Shown: in pieces, positions 48,499 through 61,700 of the stretch
Layout of the letters: each line of letters starts with the position of its first letter
Position numbering within the stretch: position 1 is the first letter of the stretch
NCBI GenBank assembly: GCA_965637545.1
Contig: OZ281497.1
Span: 13,826,001 to 13,890,000 of the forward strand
Direction of reading: 5' to 3'
DNA length: 64,000 bases
Source of the DNA: Phallusia mammillata
Taxonomy: Eukaryota
Notes under the pieces: model-generated
What the model saw: only the letters and a program-made list of their open reading frames with translations
Database searches by the model: none
Told to the model about the DNA's origin: nothing
Translations under genes and position numbers: made by a program

Positions 48499-50634
48499 TT
48501 CGTCGATTATTATTCTTTGTATTATTTTAACGCAATTGTGCACTAACTTATGAGCATGCCTTTACGTCATATTAGTTTCGCTACGGGTGCCAAGAGTATA
48601 GGTGGGAAAACTTGCGGTGAATTTGTCGTAGTTTAGCTTGGTAGCGTCCAGTCTTCTACATCGTGTGTACATATCTTCACAGTCCCGCTCACCCACCGTT
48701 GCCAAATAAAATATTTGCAACCCAACGTTGCAGTGTGCTGCTTGATTTCAAGGATAGAGCAGTACGTGTTTTTCCGCCCAGAATACATACTCGACCATCT
48801 CTTGACATACAAGATTTTTTTTTACCATTTATAATTGCAAGTTGTTTCAAACCCGCGAATAGTGATGCTGGGACAAAATTAGCCCCAAAGGTTGAGCTGC
48901 ATTGGGTGATGTTGAGTTTATTCGGTTGGTGAAAGAAAACATATACATAGCACTAAACCAATCACTTTATAGCTGCACAACGTTGAAACGTTATGGTGAA
49001 TGGCGGTGGATGAATGCGCTGCAGTAAGTTCATCAAATAGTCACAGCGCAAGGCAGTGGTTGTCGTTTCTTGTCAAGCTGCCTATATTATTGCGTCCCTT
49101 GAATCATTTTTTATTTGTTTGTTTCGAACTATAGAGTTGTGACTCTTAATTTAACTTATCTGCTGCCATTGGGTTAACGCAATGCCACCAAGAAACGCAA
49201 AATAGCTGAAATGATTTAAACCTATAGCGGTAACCACTAGCCACCTTGATTGTGGGTCTTTTATATCTTCGCAGTCATAATTTGAAATTACTTAATGCAG
49301 ATACCAACCTTCCATATTAACTAAAAAGTTAATTAAAAAAAACTGTATTGTCTTGGATGAATGTATTTTTCGCCATGAAAGCTAGAAAAAACATAAGGCG
49401 TTATTGCACAAAATAACGAAACAGATATTTTAAACAAAAAGCTTTGCGTAAGGGAACTAGGCACAGCAGATAAATGCATATCGCACACTGAGTAAAAAAG
49501 TACAAAAACTGCACTGTTTTACCAAGTACATAGATTGAGATTTACACATTGGTTATTTATGTTTTTATGATGTAATCTACAGTTGTGGTAAACTTAAACT
49601 AAACAATTCTCAAAGCAAAAAACACAATATTTTACAAATGTAAACCAAATATGTTTAATATCAAAACAACAAAAAGTGCTCACAACTAAAATATTTTAGA
49701 CAGCTAAATCCAGAAATTTGTACCACTCCACTGTAGTCAGTTTGGGAAACAAAGGCACATTTTAAAAGTGAAAACATGATAAATCATGCATGGACAAAAT
49801 CACCCATATCTTCATCATCAGTAATACTGAACATTCTCTCTGCCTGCGTTCGTGGATCTTCATCATTGCTCCGACTAAAAACAATTATGACTGATAATTA
49901 TGACACACAGTTATTGTTTTCTTTCAGATATATATACAGAAAAAGTTACAATGAAAAACCTGAGTATGTAAAATTATATATGCTACAATAACAGATACAA
50001 TGATTCATCAAATTTACTGATATTTTCAAAAAACAATAAATCATGTTTCAATGGGTTGGCTATTTTTTTAAGCACAGAAGAAAAATTACTGCTTCCTGGC
50101 ATTGGGAAACAAAATCTGTTTCCATGCAAAAGAATTAAACACATACAAACTTACCACTTTTTCGTATCTGAATTTTCCGGTGAACCTATTCCAACGGGAT
50201 CCAACCTTTTCTCAAGAGGCTTTTCGTGTGCTTGTTTCCCACTTTTGCTTACTCCTTTACAAAAAATACATAGCAGTGTTTCTGTGATGATCATTATGCT
50301 TGTATTTTACAAATCACATGAAAAATTGGTATTTTAATGATATAACCATACTTAGGAGATACCATTAAACATGTCCTAAATATTTACTCTGTAGTCTCGA
50401 TTCAAATTATCCCAAGATTACAGAAAGGTTAAGAAGTGACAGAATAGGCACATAAAAATGTTATCGAACAAAGTTCATCACAATTTCATTTGTTTTGACA
50501 CATTAGTGAATGAAACTAATAACAAAGGCTTAAAGTTGAATTGTTAACACACATGATACTTGTTTGCAACACAGTTACATTCTATGTCTATGCCAGTGAA
50601 AACATTTGATTACACTTGTTTGATCCAAACATAG

Positions 50635-53183
50635 CTAACCTGATGTGTAGGAATCCCATTCAGGTTCTTCTCTAGATTTGGCTTTAGGTTTTGAATGTGA
50701 AAATTCAGATGTTACAAAATCTTCCTCACTCGACATTCCATCACCACCTCGATCAAATGATAACGAATCAAGTGTTGTGTTACAGTGATCAGATGTAGAA
50801 GATGTATTGGCTGCTGTTTCTATATGTAAGGTACACAACAAAGTCAAGTTTGTCTCAAACAAGTACCTTTTTGCCACTTTGCATGTAGGTAAATATTGCA
50901 CTTGCAAAAAGCGCAACAAAAATCGTAATATAGTTTGTTGACAAATTCATAAACTTACCTTTGCTTCTGCTTGCAACTTGGTTGCGGAAAGCTATGGAAC
51001 GTGATCGAACTTCTTCAAGAAAGTCTTCAAAATCATCTTCCACCTCTTCACTAAAAATTTACAAAACTAATTGAACAGTGTTTTGTTCAAACAAGTAAAT
51101 AATACAACATACAGGGTCAAACTGTGTCGACTAGTTGAGTCTCCACCTGGCGTTGATAAACCTGCTGCTTTTTCCTGCAAAAAACATACAAAAAAATCTT
51201 TAGAAATAAAAACCTTCAGTAGGGTACAAAATCTGCAGTATATATTGTTTGATAGTTGTGACATCAGAGTTGTTTTAATTTTATTTCAAAAAACTATTAC
51301 TTTACTATTTTCGCCATATTTATGCAGCTTATCTAAAAATGCTCAAAAATCAAGTACTGATCAATCAAATGCAGTGTAAACTAACGAAAGGCTTCACCCA
51401 GTACACTAAACTTAAAAATGTATTCAAGAAGATACTTACTTTTAGGGAGAGTGTCATTGAAGTCGCTCTTTCAGCTTCACGCTGGGCTTCCAAAAAGGAT
51501 TCTTCTTCAACCCTGATTTGTTCTTCTTCTTCAAATAGCTGAAAACAAACTAGGATTTAAAAAATGCTTGTTACAATGTTAGGATAATTAATTGATAGGT
51601 ATAAATATCCGTAGTAAATTTATGCTACTAACCTGTTTATTAATCTGTTCATCAACCTTTTTCTGTTCTTCAATGATTTTATTGTAATCACGTTTGGCAA
51701 TATATTCCCGCTCTTCTTGAGTGATAACACTAAACAAATAGCATGATTTACTGTGTGAACTGACAAAACAAAATTATTAAAAATGTAAACATATTCTGTA
51801 CAAAGGTAAAAGAATTCATCAACTTTAACTTATTGGCATTTTTGCTATCTAATATCATATCATAAGCACATTGGAAGCAAACTACATATATCTGCACTGT
51901 TGTATCACTGAATATCACTTATACCCAGACAAAGGGCAGATGAATTGCAATTGACCACAATAAGTCTGTTCACATGCACAAATTTACCCAGGTAAATTAT
52001 GAAAATTTACCCTGTTTTGTCGGAAAAGAGAAAAAGAAATAAGGCAAATGGAGTGAATTACTGGGTAAATTATGAAAAATTTACCCGAGTAAATTTGGTG
52101 GGTAAATTTCAAAAACACACTGGGTAAATTTTACCGGATGCTCTTCTCACAACATCTGTGGCTTCACAGACGCAATGTGTTTTAAAAATATGTTGGTAGA
52201 AACTTTGACAACATGCAAACAGCAACGATCATTAAAAATTTGTTTACTGCTAATAAACACAATTGACTTTGCATTATATGACTTAACAAGGTTGTGTTGT
52301 TTTGTTTTATAAAAGTTTAAATGCTCAGACAATGGACAATAGGCTGAAAATTTAATACATGTTTAAAAAGGTGTCATAAAAGAAGAACGCTGTCCAGTAA
52401 GCCGTTACACCTAACCGACGCTAATTTGATTCCTGAGAATATGTTTTATTACATTAAAATCAGGGTAAATTTTTCGTCATGTGAGCAGAGGGCATTTTGG
52501 AGTAAAAATTTACCCTGAATGTGACGTCAGAAACCGGAGTCAATTTGAGGGTAAATTTTGAAATTTACCTGCTCATGTGAACAGGCTTAATGTTTTAGAA
52601 TTGGAAAAGTTTGGAAACAAACAAATAAACAAAGAAATGTGTTAAATTGGTGGCTACATTAGCTAAAACGCCCAATCTTTTGTCACTAACTGCACTGATA
52701 GACCTTATAGGATAAAACAATGTGCACGGGCTACTCTAAAATAGGAGCCCGTGTGCACTGTCTGCAGCTTATTTGTCATGTCAATGCTTTTGAATAAAAT
52801 ACGTCTGCTTTGGCAATTTGGTTTAATGGTTGATTACAAATATGTTTGTTTATTAAACTGAATACACCTACGGCAAATCAGATCCATAATTTGGCTTATG
52901 TTCATCCAACATTAGGTTTTCAAATTCAACTCCAATATTTCGTGAAACGTCATCTTTGTATTTGACCAGATGTCGCAACCTGCAACGCATCACTACGTTG
53001 TATTGTATAAACATGTAAAAAACACTGAATTCCACTAAAATTGTTGTTTTAATTAGTGTATACTTTAAGACAGTAACTGTATAGCATTAACAAGTGTTCG
53101 GATGAGCTTTAACACCACATAACATACCTTTGTCTTCTTCGATTGCCGAATATAATGCCAAGACATCCAAAACATTGCTCCAT
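50635..53183 (-). CDS. AP1AR: AP-1 complex-associated regulatory protein (gadkin) homolog, 7 exons, 232 aa
   Basis: Exons (minus strand): 53183-53128, 52979-52872, 51729-51633, 51538-51440, 51174-51113, 51050-50959, 50819-50635; all GT-AG, phases compatible, total 699 nt. Motifs resemble human AP1AR as I recall it: QCFG, IGVEFENL (human IEFENL), QEEREYIAKRDYNKIIEEQKKVDEQI, EEEQIRVEEESFLEAQREA (human EEKLRLEEEALYAAQREA), EDDFEDFL (human EDDFESCL), EEDFV. Confidence 0.9.
51963..52587. mobile_element. TA-flanked MITE / non-autonomous DNA transposon with internal GGGTAAATT repeats (AP1AR intron 2)
   Basis: Terminal inverted repeats AGTCTGTTCACATG (51963-) and CATGTGAACAGGCT (-52587) have 1 mismatch, with TA on both outer sides. 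Many (G)GGTAAATTT / AAATTTACCC motifs lie in both orientations near each end. Confidence 0.75.
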
Positions 53184-53522
53184 AATTATATTTGCACTTG
53201 TTTTGTCAATGACGAATCGTCAGTCGTCACACACAAACAGAAATCGACAAAACCATTAAGTTCACATGTTTAAACAAAGTTAAATACTTAAAATTCTAGT
53301 ACACAAACACTTGTTTACGCAATGAAGAACTGGATAAGATAACTTCCAATTGCTGCTCTCGTGACCAGCAGCTATTAACAATGATGCTGCACGTCAGCCT
53401 ACATAAATGACGTCATAATAGTCAACAGAACGATACGTTTATGAATGTTGGTCCATAGAAATAAAAAAATGCTTTAAAAAAACTCTCAACGTCATTGCAA
53501 CATTTTGTCAACATTTATGATA

Positions 53523-53931
53523 CCGACTGTAAACGCAATTCCGCCTTCGTTTATAAGCCGCCCTCGATTGTAAGCCGCATGTTGAGGAGTTAAAAAACGC
53601 TGGATTTTTAGATACGATTGTTTCATAATCATAATACATCTTTTAGTTGTTACATAGTATAATTATTTGCCCACATCTGTTAGTTACGTTGATAACTGTG
53701 CTCAACAGAACGTTTATCGACGTATAATCAAATTTTGAACCCCAAATAAATTAAAAAGTTGGAGTGTAGAAATAACATCGGTATAAAATTAAAATGTAAG
53801 CCGCCCTCGATTGTAAGCCGACCTCGATTGTAAGCCGCCCTCGATTGTAAGCCGCCCCCGACTGTAAGCTGCACAAACCACAGGTAAAAACACAACAATA
53901 TAAGCCGCGGCTTATGATCGAGTAAATACGG
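53523..53931. mobile_element. Tc1/mariner (Tc2/pogo-like) non-autonomous element with a 17-bp internal tandem repeat
   Basis: The right end reads TATAAGCCGCGGCTTATGATCGAGTAAATACGG|TA, a typical CCGTATTT-type terminus; the left end TA|CCGAC is degenerate. TGTAAGCCGCCCTCGAT occurs about 4.6 times at 53795-53872, with further copies near 53553-53579. Confidence 0.7.
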
Positions 53932-54008
53932 TACTTACATGGCTGCTTTAAGTTAGACTTTTAAGTTGGAAGCAATGTTACTGCTTTTCGTTCGCCATTC
54001 GCTTAAAG

Positions 54009-54399
54009 CAAGGGTGGGCAACCTACGGCCCGCGGTTGTGTAATTAAATGGTTTGATTGTTATCAGTTTATCATTAAGAATAGGCATCTTTACGTACAAA
54101 CGCACTATTGTTGTGTGTAAGTGGGCTTGGAACTGTGTCATAGAGGTGTGTTAAAGTTCATCAAATGTGAGCATGATTTGTTAGTATTCTAAACAAACCT
54201 GTTTAAGGTTGAAGTTTGAGCAAGCAAGTAATGTATATTTTACTTGATATTGTATATATGTTCACAATTCACATCGAACAAATACGAGTTAAAGTTGAGT
54301 TCGCATAAGCGCTTGTGTTATTGAATTACCATCGTTGCGGCTCGCCTCCGTAATATCACTATTTTTTGGCCCGCACGTGCAAAAAGGTTGCCACCTCTA
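54009..54399. mobile_element. hAT-superfamily (Charlie-like) MITE with a perfect 8-bp TSD
   Basis: Left end CAAGGGTGGGCAACCTACGGCCCGCG; right end GGCCCGC...AAAAAGGTTGCCACCTCTA. GCTTAAAG is duplicated at 54001-54008 and 54400-54407; an 8-bp TSD is the hAT signature. Confidence 0.85.
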
Positions 54400-55077
54400 G
54401 CTTAAAGTATGCATTCATGTTGTACAATCCAATTATTATGCACTCGAAACATTTTGAATTTAAACGTAAAAAACATTTAAATGTTTAAGGGCAGAAGTTT
54501 TCTGATCTTATTGCTTATCCCTATCAGCATGTGTTGCATGATTATTTCTGTGCACTGTAAACAAAACAAATAAATATGATGATGCACAGGCGCAGCCACC
54601 TAGGCCTACTGTACCTTTTTTGGTAGACATGTTTTTCCTAATTAAAGAATTTCAAACTTGTCCTTCAGACAAAAAAAGAGTCAAATATCCCCCCATTTAC
54701 CTAGTTTAAATATCATGCTAAACTTCAAATAAGTACAGAATAGATACAGATAGATTTAAACAGCAGCAAAGATTGTTGTCGAGTGTCGAGACCCACACAA
54801 AACAGTCCCATGGTCTGAATCGAAACTCCAATGAGCTGTGATGTTAGTAACAGACAGTGGTTACTCGCTGCGACCCACAAAATTAAAGGCCGATTTATTT
54901 TGTCTTGTTAAAATGTTGGGCATAAAGTTTATTCCACCTCTAATCGTACACTTCGTTCAATCACCACATTACTCGAAATACGAAAAGCAGCTCTGCTGGC
55001 AGCTGAAATCATACGATTTATTGTTGTAAACGAGTTTGTGACTCAAGTTTGTAGAGCTCTTCCGGCAAATGTAAATT

Positions 55078-55116
55078 TTATTCCGACGTCCTATACAGGT
55101 CGTCTTCATCAGGGTA
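55078..55116 (-). mobile_element. Degenerate hammerhead-like remnant related to the intron-44 element
   Basis: The minus strand reads CCTGATGAAGACGACCTGTATAGGACGTCGGAA, matching CCTGATGAAGGCGTCTTGTATAGGACGTCGAAA (18785-18817) at 29 of 33 positions. The GAAA core is altered and stem III is lost. Confidence 0.55.
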
Positions 55117-55728
55117 AATAACACTGAATGCGACTAGTACAGTGCACGATAAGTTTATGATTAATGAGGTATTGCAACTAATTTTGCTCCTACCTTGTGT
55201 GTATTAATTTGGGACATAAAAGATACAAAACTTCTTACGAGTCTCTAAACTTTCATCTACACGTAAAATGTGTAGGTCTATATGCTGTTATATTTTTAGC
55301 ATTAACCATACGCTTATTCAAACTTCGTAAATAGCCCACTGAAGCTTCATTCCTTTTTGTACGTTATTTCGGGCCCTGATTAGCTTTAGAATGTTAAAGC
55401 TCGCCAAAACAAAAGAGTGGTTGAAATATGGTTACAGTTTTGAGTAGGTTGATAGTTTAATTAAAATCCTTTTATAAAACGTAACTTTTGACCTCCGAAA
55501 AGAACTCATACACTTATCTTAAGTTTTTACGTATTATATTACATTTTCGAACGAAAAGATCAGCTAGAAAACAAGGCAACAATTTATGAAATGAAAAACT
55601 TTAGCTACAATAGCATGTTGGAACAGAAGAGAAAAAAGTTTGCAGAATTCAGTCTTGTTGATGCAGTTGTTTCATGTAGTTGTCGATCTAAAATAAGAAA
55701 AAAAATATTAAAAGTGGCAACGTAATAA

Positions 55729-58700
55729 CTACCAATATGTACTTGCCATAACATGTCCAAGCAGCGGGTTTTCGTTCGAATGTATTTCCTGTAGCTGTCT
55801 GTGTATTTCGCTTTCCATGTTGATGGCAAGAACATTCGCTTTGTCACGGTCTCCAGGCGACATCAGCAAACAAGCTTAATACGAAAAATACATTAGGACG
55901 ATCGCAACATAAACATACATTGCTATTTTTGTACAATTACTGTAACAACTCACTTACCTAACGCAAGAGCATGTAGATTGAGAATTTCAAAATGTTGGGC
56001 AACATTTGCGAGATCAATCCGTAGAAGAACAGGACATTTAATAAGAAATCGATAGGATGAGAGGGCGGTATTTCTCTGAAACACAACACACAAGTTTTGA
56101 ACATAAATAAAGCCAAAAAACATCTACATTTCGTACAAAGTTTACTGTTCGATACAATTAACAACAATTTTGTTGGGGCTTATTAAGTTCGTCATACCTG
56201 ACTTTCTTCTAGTGGTGGAGTAAGAGCAACTAGTGGCAGAGTAACGCATGACTGCCAGACAGATGGGAGACAAGAGAGAGATCGTACACTCGGTAAACGG
56301 CAAATTTCAGGAAGCAATTGATGCAAATAAGACACCTTGCATACAAATAAAAAAATTAATAATGTAGAATTGCAATAGAGAAAAATAAACCAATAGTCAT
56401 ATATCGAACATAAAAACAGACCAACAATACCTGCTGCAAAGAAACAAGTTGTTGAAGCAAAACCACCCAAGTATCGGATGAGACCGAACCAAATTCACGA
56501 CACAAGTCAGCAGCAACACGTAGAGCGAGTGGATTGTGTCGATGGGAAGGTGATGCGATGATACTGCGTGCCACAGCTGATTTATCGGCTCGTTTGAGGT
56601 TTGAACTCGTGATCTTAAAGTTGGCTGCCTCCAGCTCCGTAAGATATACCAAGACACGTAACTCAGCCCTAAAAAGTAGTTTAAATACTAACAAGGCATT
56701 CTAATAGATTTTTGGTTCTGGCGTTAGTTTGTACATTCAAACATTAAAATGAGGGTGTAAAACAAACCAGCAAATATAAATTAGGTTTCGACTGGACAAC
56801 TGCAGAGCAGGATTTAAATAAACAAGATTTCTTTATCCACGCTCCATACGATAAATGCAGAGAAGTAATTCTTGTCATACAAATTATGGATGCCAAAAAG
56901 ATTTTAGATTTTTAATTGGATGATATGAGATGCATCTTTTGACTGTGATTATTATTCAGACAAACACAAATTTTTAATTTCGGTAATTACCGTAGGTCTT
57001 CAGATCGCATCCCACACATTGAGAAAATGGTGTCGTCGTCAGCAACGTCCAAGAGACATTTAAGACCACGAACTCGACAGGGGTTAGTAAATTTTTTGTT
57101 CTTGTGATCTCCAACCCACCGTACAAGTAATCTACAATAGTTACAATTAGCCACGGGATTATAAAGAATTTTAGAAAAAAAAACTTTTAAATGAAAATTC
57201 GAGGGGTTAAGGGTTTATAAAGTATGTATTTTTTTACTTTGCTTGTTGCAAGGGATTTGCGTGCGAAATCAGATAAAGTAGAAATATGGTTTCTTCCTCA
57301 TCTGGACTAGGTTGAGTTGATGATTGCGCGAGTGCCTTTGCCCTCATCCGATCAATCACCACTGTCTGTAAACCAATTAGGGTATGTATTTGTAATGCTA
57401 ACCAGACTTGGATCAAGTTACTAATTTTTGTTTTAATCGTTTAACGAATGAGAGTAAAATTTTAGTGGATATTATCGAACTATGGACAGTATAGGTATAG
57501 GCAACCAAACGTTACCGATTCCTCGTCAGCTTGTGGATCAGGTTTGTCAGCAGCTAACAGGAGTTGATAGATAAGAGCTCGTTGTAGACCTGCGATGTCT
57601 AGGTCGTGGATTTCAGCAAGGCGATTAACAACCTTATGAATATCTGAAACCATAAATTTTTAGTCATTTGTTTGACGATGTGAAAAATCATCTGATTTTA
57701 TGCGCTCCATTAGAAGTAATAAAAAAACTCCAAAATTAATTTCCCATCAGTTTTTTGCAGCGAATATTACCCAAGACCAAAAATTGGCATCAAGAACGGC
57801 CCAGTTGTAAAACAAATCAGTTGTTACAATCCAAACAACATCCAATGGAATAAGTTGCTTTACTTTATCTTTGCCTCGTATAAAGGAATAGTGATAAACA
57901 TTGCCGAAATACAAATTAAAAAAGCTACCAAATTTTCGCAAAGCTGAATAAAAGATGTAATACGTCATGCACGGCAGTGACAGTTGGTACGCTTCAACAT
58001 TTTATGTTAGCAACATTATCCAGATACTGGTACAGATCAATATCATACCTGGGTATCTATCACCAGGTTGAAAGAAGCGATGCAGTATTGTGTTGTGTTT
58101 GTACAACATCATCACTAACTCGGTTGGTTTGTTAATAAGAGCTAAAAGATCCGCAGAGTCGAGTTCGTTTTCTTTTAGTAGCAAGTGAGTGTCGGCTTGT
58201 TTGTAATTCCGCGCAAGTGTGTTGAAAGCATTGGAAATGGTTTTGTGCTGCGGAGAATCTTCTGGAACGTTGTTAAGCCACCGAGTTACCAGTTCCATGC
58301 ACCTTAACAAAAACATTCAATTTGTGGACAGAAAACAGGAGAGTAAAATATTTTTTTAATGTCAAAAAAACACTGTGAATGACATCACCCTAAATAGATG
58401 TTTGATAACGAACCTGCAAAATGTTTGTAACTATTGTTGTCAAAAAGTAAAAAAATACGGTAAAAAGACAAATGTCGGGATATCATTTGTTTACATGTGT
58501 CATAGACCAGGGTAAACAAATGTGAGAGTCTTGGCAATGAGTATAAAAGGAAAATAACGAGAAGAAGGTTTGTTTTAAATATTCTACTATTACGTTCTTA
58601 ACTGTGCCCCATTTCTCCTTGTTTGTCGGTGATTCAAACATTTTCGACAAGTAACAGAAGTTTCTATGATCAGTCATCATTGTAAAAAAACTACTTATTT

Positions 58701-61700
58701 TACCATTTATACGCTGCAACTTTATTTTCACCAGATGGCAGAATTTGGGAAACACGTTTTGCCATAGCAACTGCCATATCGAAGTGTTCCATACGTTCTG
58801 TAAGTGCTTGAATTTTCTGCAACAACTTGTTGTCTGACAACATACTTTCCTGGCCTTTTTCCTACAATCAAAAAACAAGTTAATACAGCACTAAAACAGT
58901 ACCAACTCACTTCTTACTGTGTAGAGTTTCAGGACATTTTCCGCTGCGGTTAAGTAAAGTGTGTCAACATTTAGATCCAGTAGCTTAGCAACGGGAGCTA
59001 GGAAGCAAGCTGAATTTTCATCGGCCTCCGCTGTCAAAATCTTCCACGACTGTGATGCGTCACCGAACAAGAAGGGATGTAAAGGTAATCTGTCAACAAC
59101 AAGAAGTCGATATGAAAGAGTCGGCGAAGTACCCAACGACTTTTAATACTGCATTAGCGTCTATGGATTATGAGGAGCGTGGTAAATGCAGTCACGACAT
59201 AATTTTGCACTCATCATCAAAATTGCCATTGTTTCAACGTTTTCATAAAACTGTATTCGCACAGATTGATCAAAATACTTTTTAGCCAATGTGCGGTGTA
59301 TCTAAACTATTTTATTAGGCTGAATGATGAGTATTTAGTATTTTGGCATATAACAAAATGTCCTTATACCTCTGGCTGGATTGCTTAAACAGAGAAGATT
59401 TGATTGTGAGGTTTTCCCGCTGATCCGGATTCCACAGACGGTAAAGTTCGTAATCGGTTGGCGGCTTGTGATGTTTCACGTTGCGCAGTGAATTGATCAA
59501 GCGCAAACCCTATACATTTTTTTTACAAAATGATAATAAATCAACGAAAAGATTATGTGGTAAACATATGTGTTCGTCTCGAGATAATGAAATCAATAAA
59601 AAAATATTAACGGTAATAAATCAACTAAACGGTAACTCACAATTTAAAACACAGTTTCTTTACCTTGCCAACATTGATGGAACCATCAGTAGCACATTTG
59701 CATGATTCGATCACGTGAAGCAGAAATTCACAACGGTCGTAATCGTAAGGTGACACGTGATTTCGAAAACACTTTTCGAGCTGACGGCGCAATTCGTGTT
59801 TGTCGCAGATTCGTGGAACCAGCCATTCTACACAAAAGAACATAAATATTTCATAATCTATTAAACCAGCGTGCCCCTCTCGTGCGGGAAAACGTTATCT
59901 GCTAAACGACTACCTTGAGTATTATTTTGTTAATTACGCCATTGCCTTTTGTAAAGAGCCCCTAATTGACAGTATTCTGTGCATATCTTTTTCGAATCTG
60001 ATTCAATGACCCGTTTTCTATTCGATTATGCCGTGAAAAATTGCAATCTACAATTTCATTGATAAGTTGGGGGAACGAGTAAGGGTTAACTTAAAGCGGC
60101 AAAAGATTAATAACTATCAACACCTTGTTATATTATAACAACCCATTTCAACTGCCCTAATTACTCAAACAAAATATCAAAATCTTTAAAATGTTACTTA
60201 ATTCTTCCTTGACTTTGCTCCACGGAACCTTTTCTTCACTTTCTTCGTTCTCACGAGACGAGTTTGGCGATCTGAACGTTTGACCGACGGCAAGTAAGGC
60301 GGTGGAGGTTTGTGAGATTGGCATTAGACAAGAACTGGGTGAAATCGGATTGTTTACGTCCATAACATTGTGCAGATCGGCACCAAGCAACACTTTCACG
60401 TATTGAATAAGAGCTTGATCCCGGTCCAGGTTATAATTCCTGAAAAGCAAATTAAGTCCGAAATAAAAACAAAACTACCTGTAAAAAAACACGAATAGTT
60501 TGGAAGATAAAGTGGCCTTGAGGAAAAGCCTCATATCTGACGTAACAACGGACCAAGTTGAAGTCAAATTTATCACTCAAGACGTTTTTTACAAATAGCG
60601 TTTTGCCAAACAAAGGTATCTTGAATGGTCAAAAGGGTAAATGATGAGTTAGAGCAAACGATATGCAGACTGAATCATTGTGACGTCCATGTTTTACATA
60701 CTTGCAGTATTTCAATATAAGCGATCCAGTGATTTGAGGTTGGGCGATGATTTGCAGCAAAAATTTTTGCTTCCATTGTTGCGGTGAGTTAATCAAGCTT
60801 TCGGCAGCAATCTGCAAAACAATCAAAACTTATGTAAAATATATATTTTATAAAAGTAAAATCGAAACTAATTCGCTAAAAACGAGGAAAAGCACACCAA
60901 CCGACATTACCAACATACACGTTGGTACTTATATGTACGTATTTTAATATGGTTTAAGATTAGCTTTCAACCCAGCTAAGTAACAATTAAAAAGGGAAAC
61001 TTGACCTTTGAGGTAAACGATTCATAGCAGGTTAATTGGATGCCAAGTGAGACATTTTCTGGATTTGAAGTTAAATTTACTTGGTATTGTAAATTTAGAA
61101 AAACCCGAAACCGCCCCATGCAAAAATACTAAATAGAAATGTAATCCGAAACCTGCACCTGTATCAAAATTTTCGACTAGCGGATAGGATATCACAATTA
61201 CAAATTACCTGTATTGATGAAAGTTCCTCAGCCCATTTAGCGTCAAGTAATAGTGCCTCAAATCGAGGTGCGTGGTTGAACATGCAACGTAATCTTGCTA
61301 CTGCCAAACCGGTTTGGGCAACACCCTTTAAAATAAGTATCATTCGATTAGCTTGAAAGCACACGTCGTTGACCTAGCTTAAAAGCAGCTTTGATCCCAA
61401 GTTTATTTTATATTGCACTACCATTATCTTTTTGTAGTTTTTCCCTCCATTTTGCTGCACGTTGTTCAGGATTTGGAAACACTGATCTGAATCAAGATCG
61501 AGCAGTAAACCAACAGCAAATGGAACATCCGGGTCACGACTCATCAAAATCTGACAAATGTTATATTTTTTAGCAAACATTATTGTTGTGTTGCTGATGC
61601 AGCGAGGTGGTTTCCAACATACCAGCAGCCCCTTGGGAAGTTAACTGGGTGATTTGGGCGCATCAAGAGAAAACCGGATCGTTCAAAAGGAATATAACGA

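Noticed and set aside
53408-53415. CRE (TGACGTCA) as an AP1AR promoter element
   Set aside because: A single 8-mer with no TSS evidence; the same 8-mer also occurs inside the nearby MITE.
55605-55688. Extra terminal KNTC1 exon after a strong acceptor at 55689
   Set aside because: Possible via the donor GTACAT at about 55742, but the resulting peptide has no similarity I can recognise, so it was left unresolved without RNA data.
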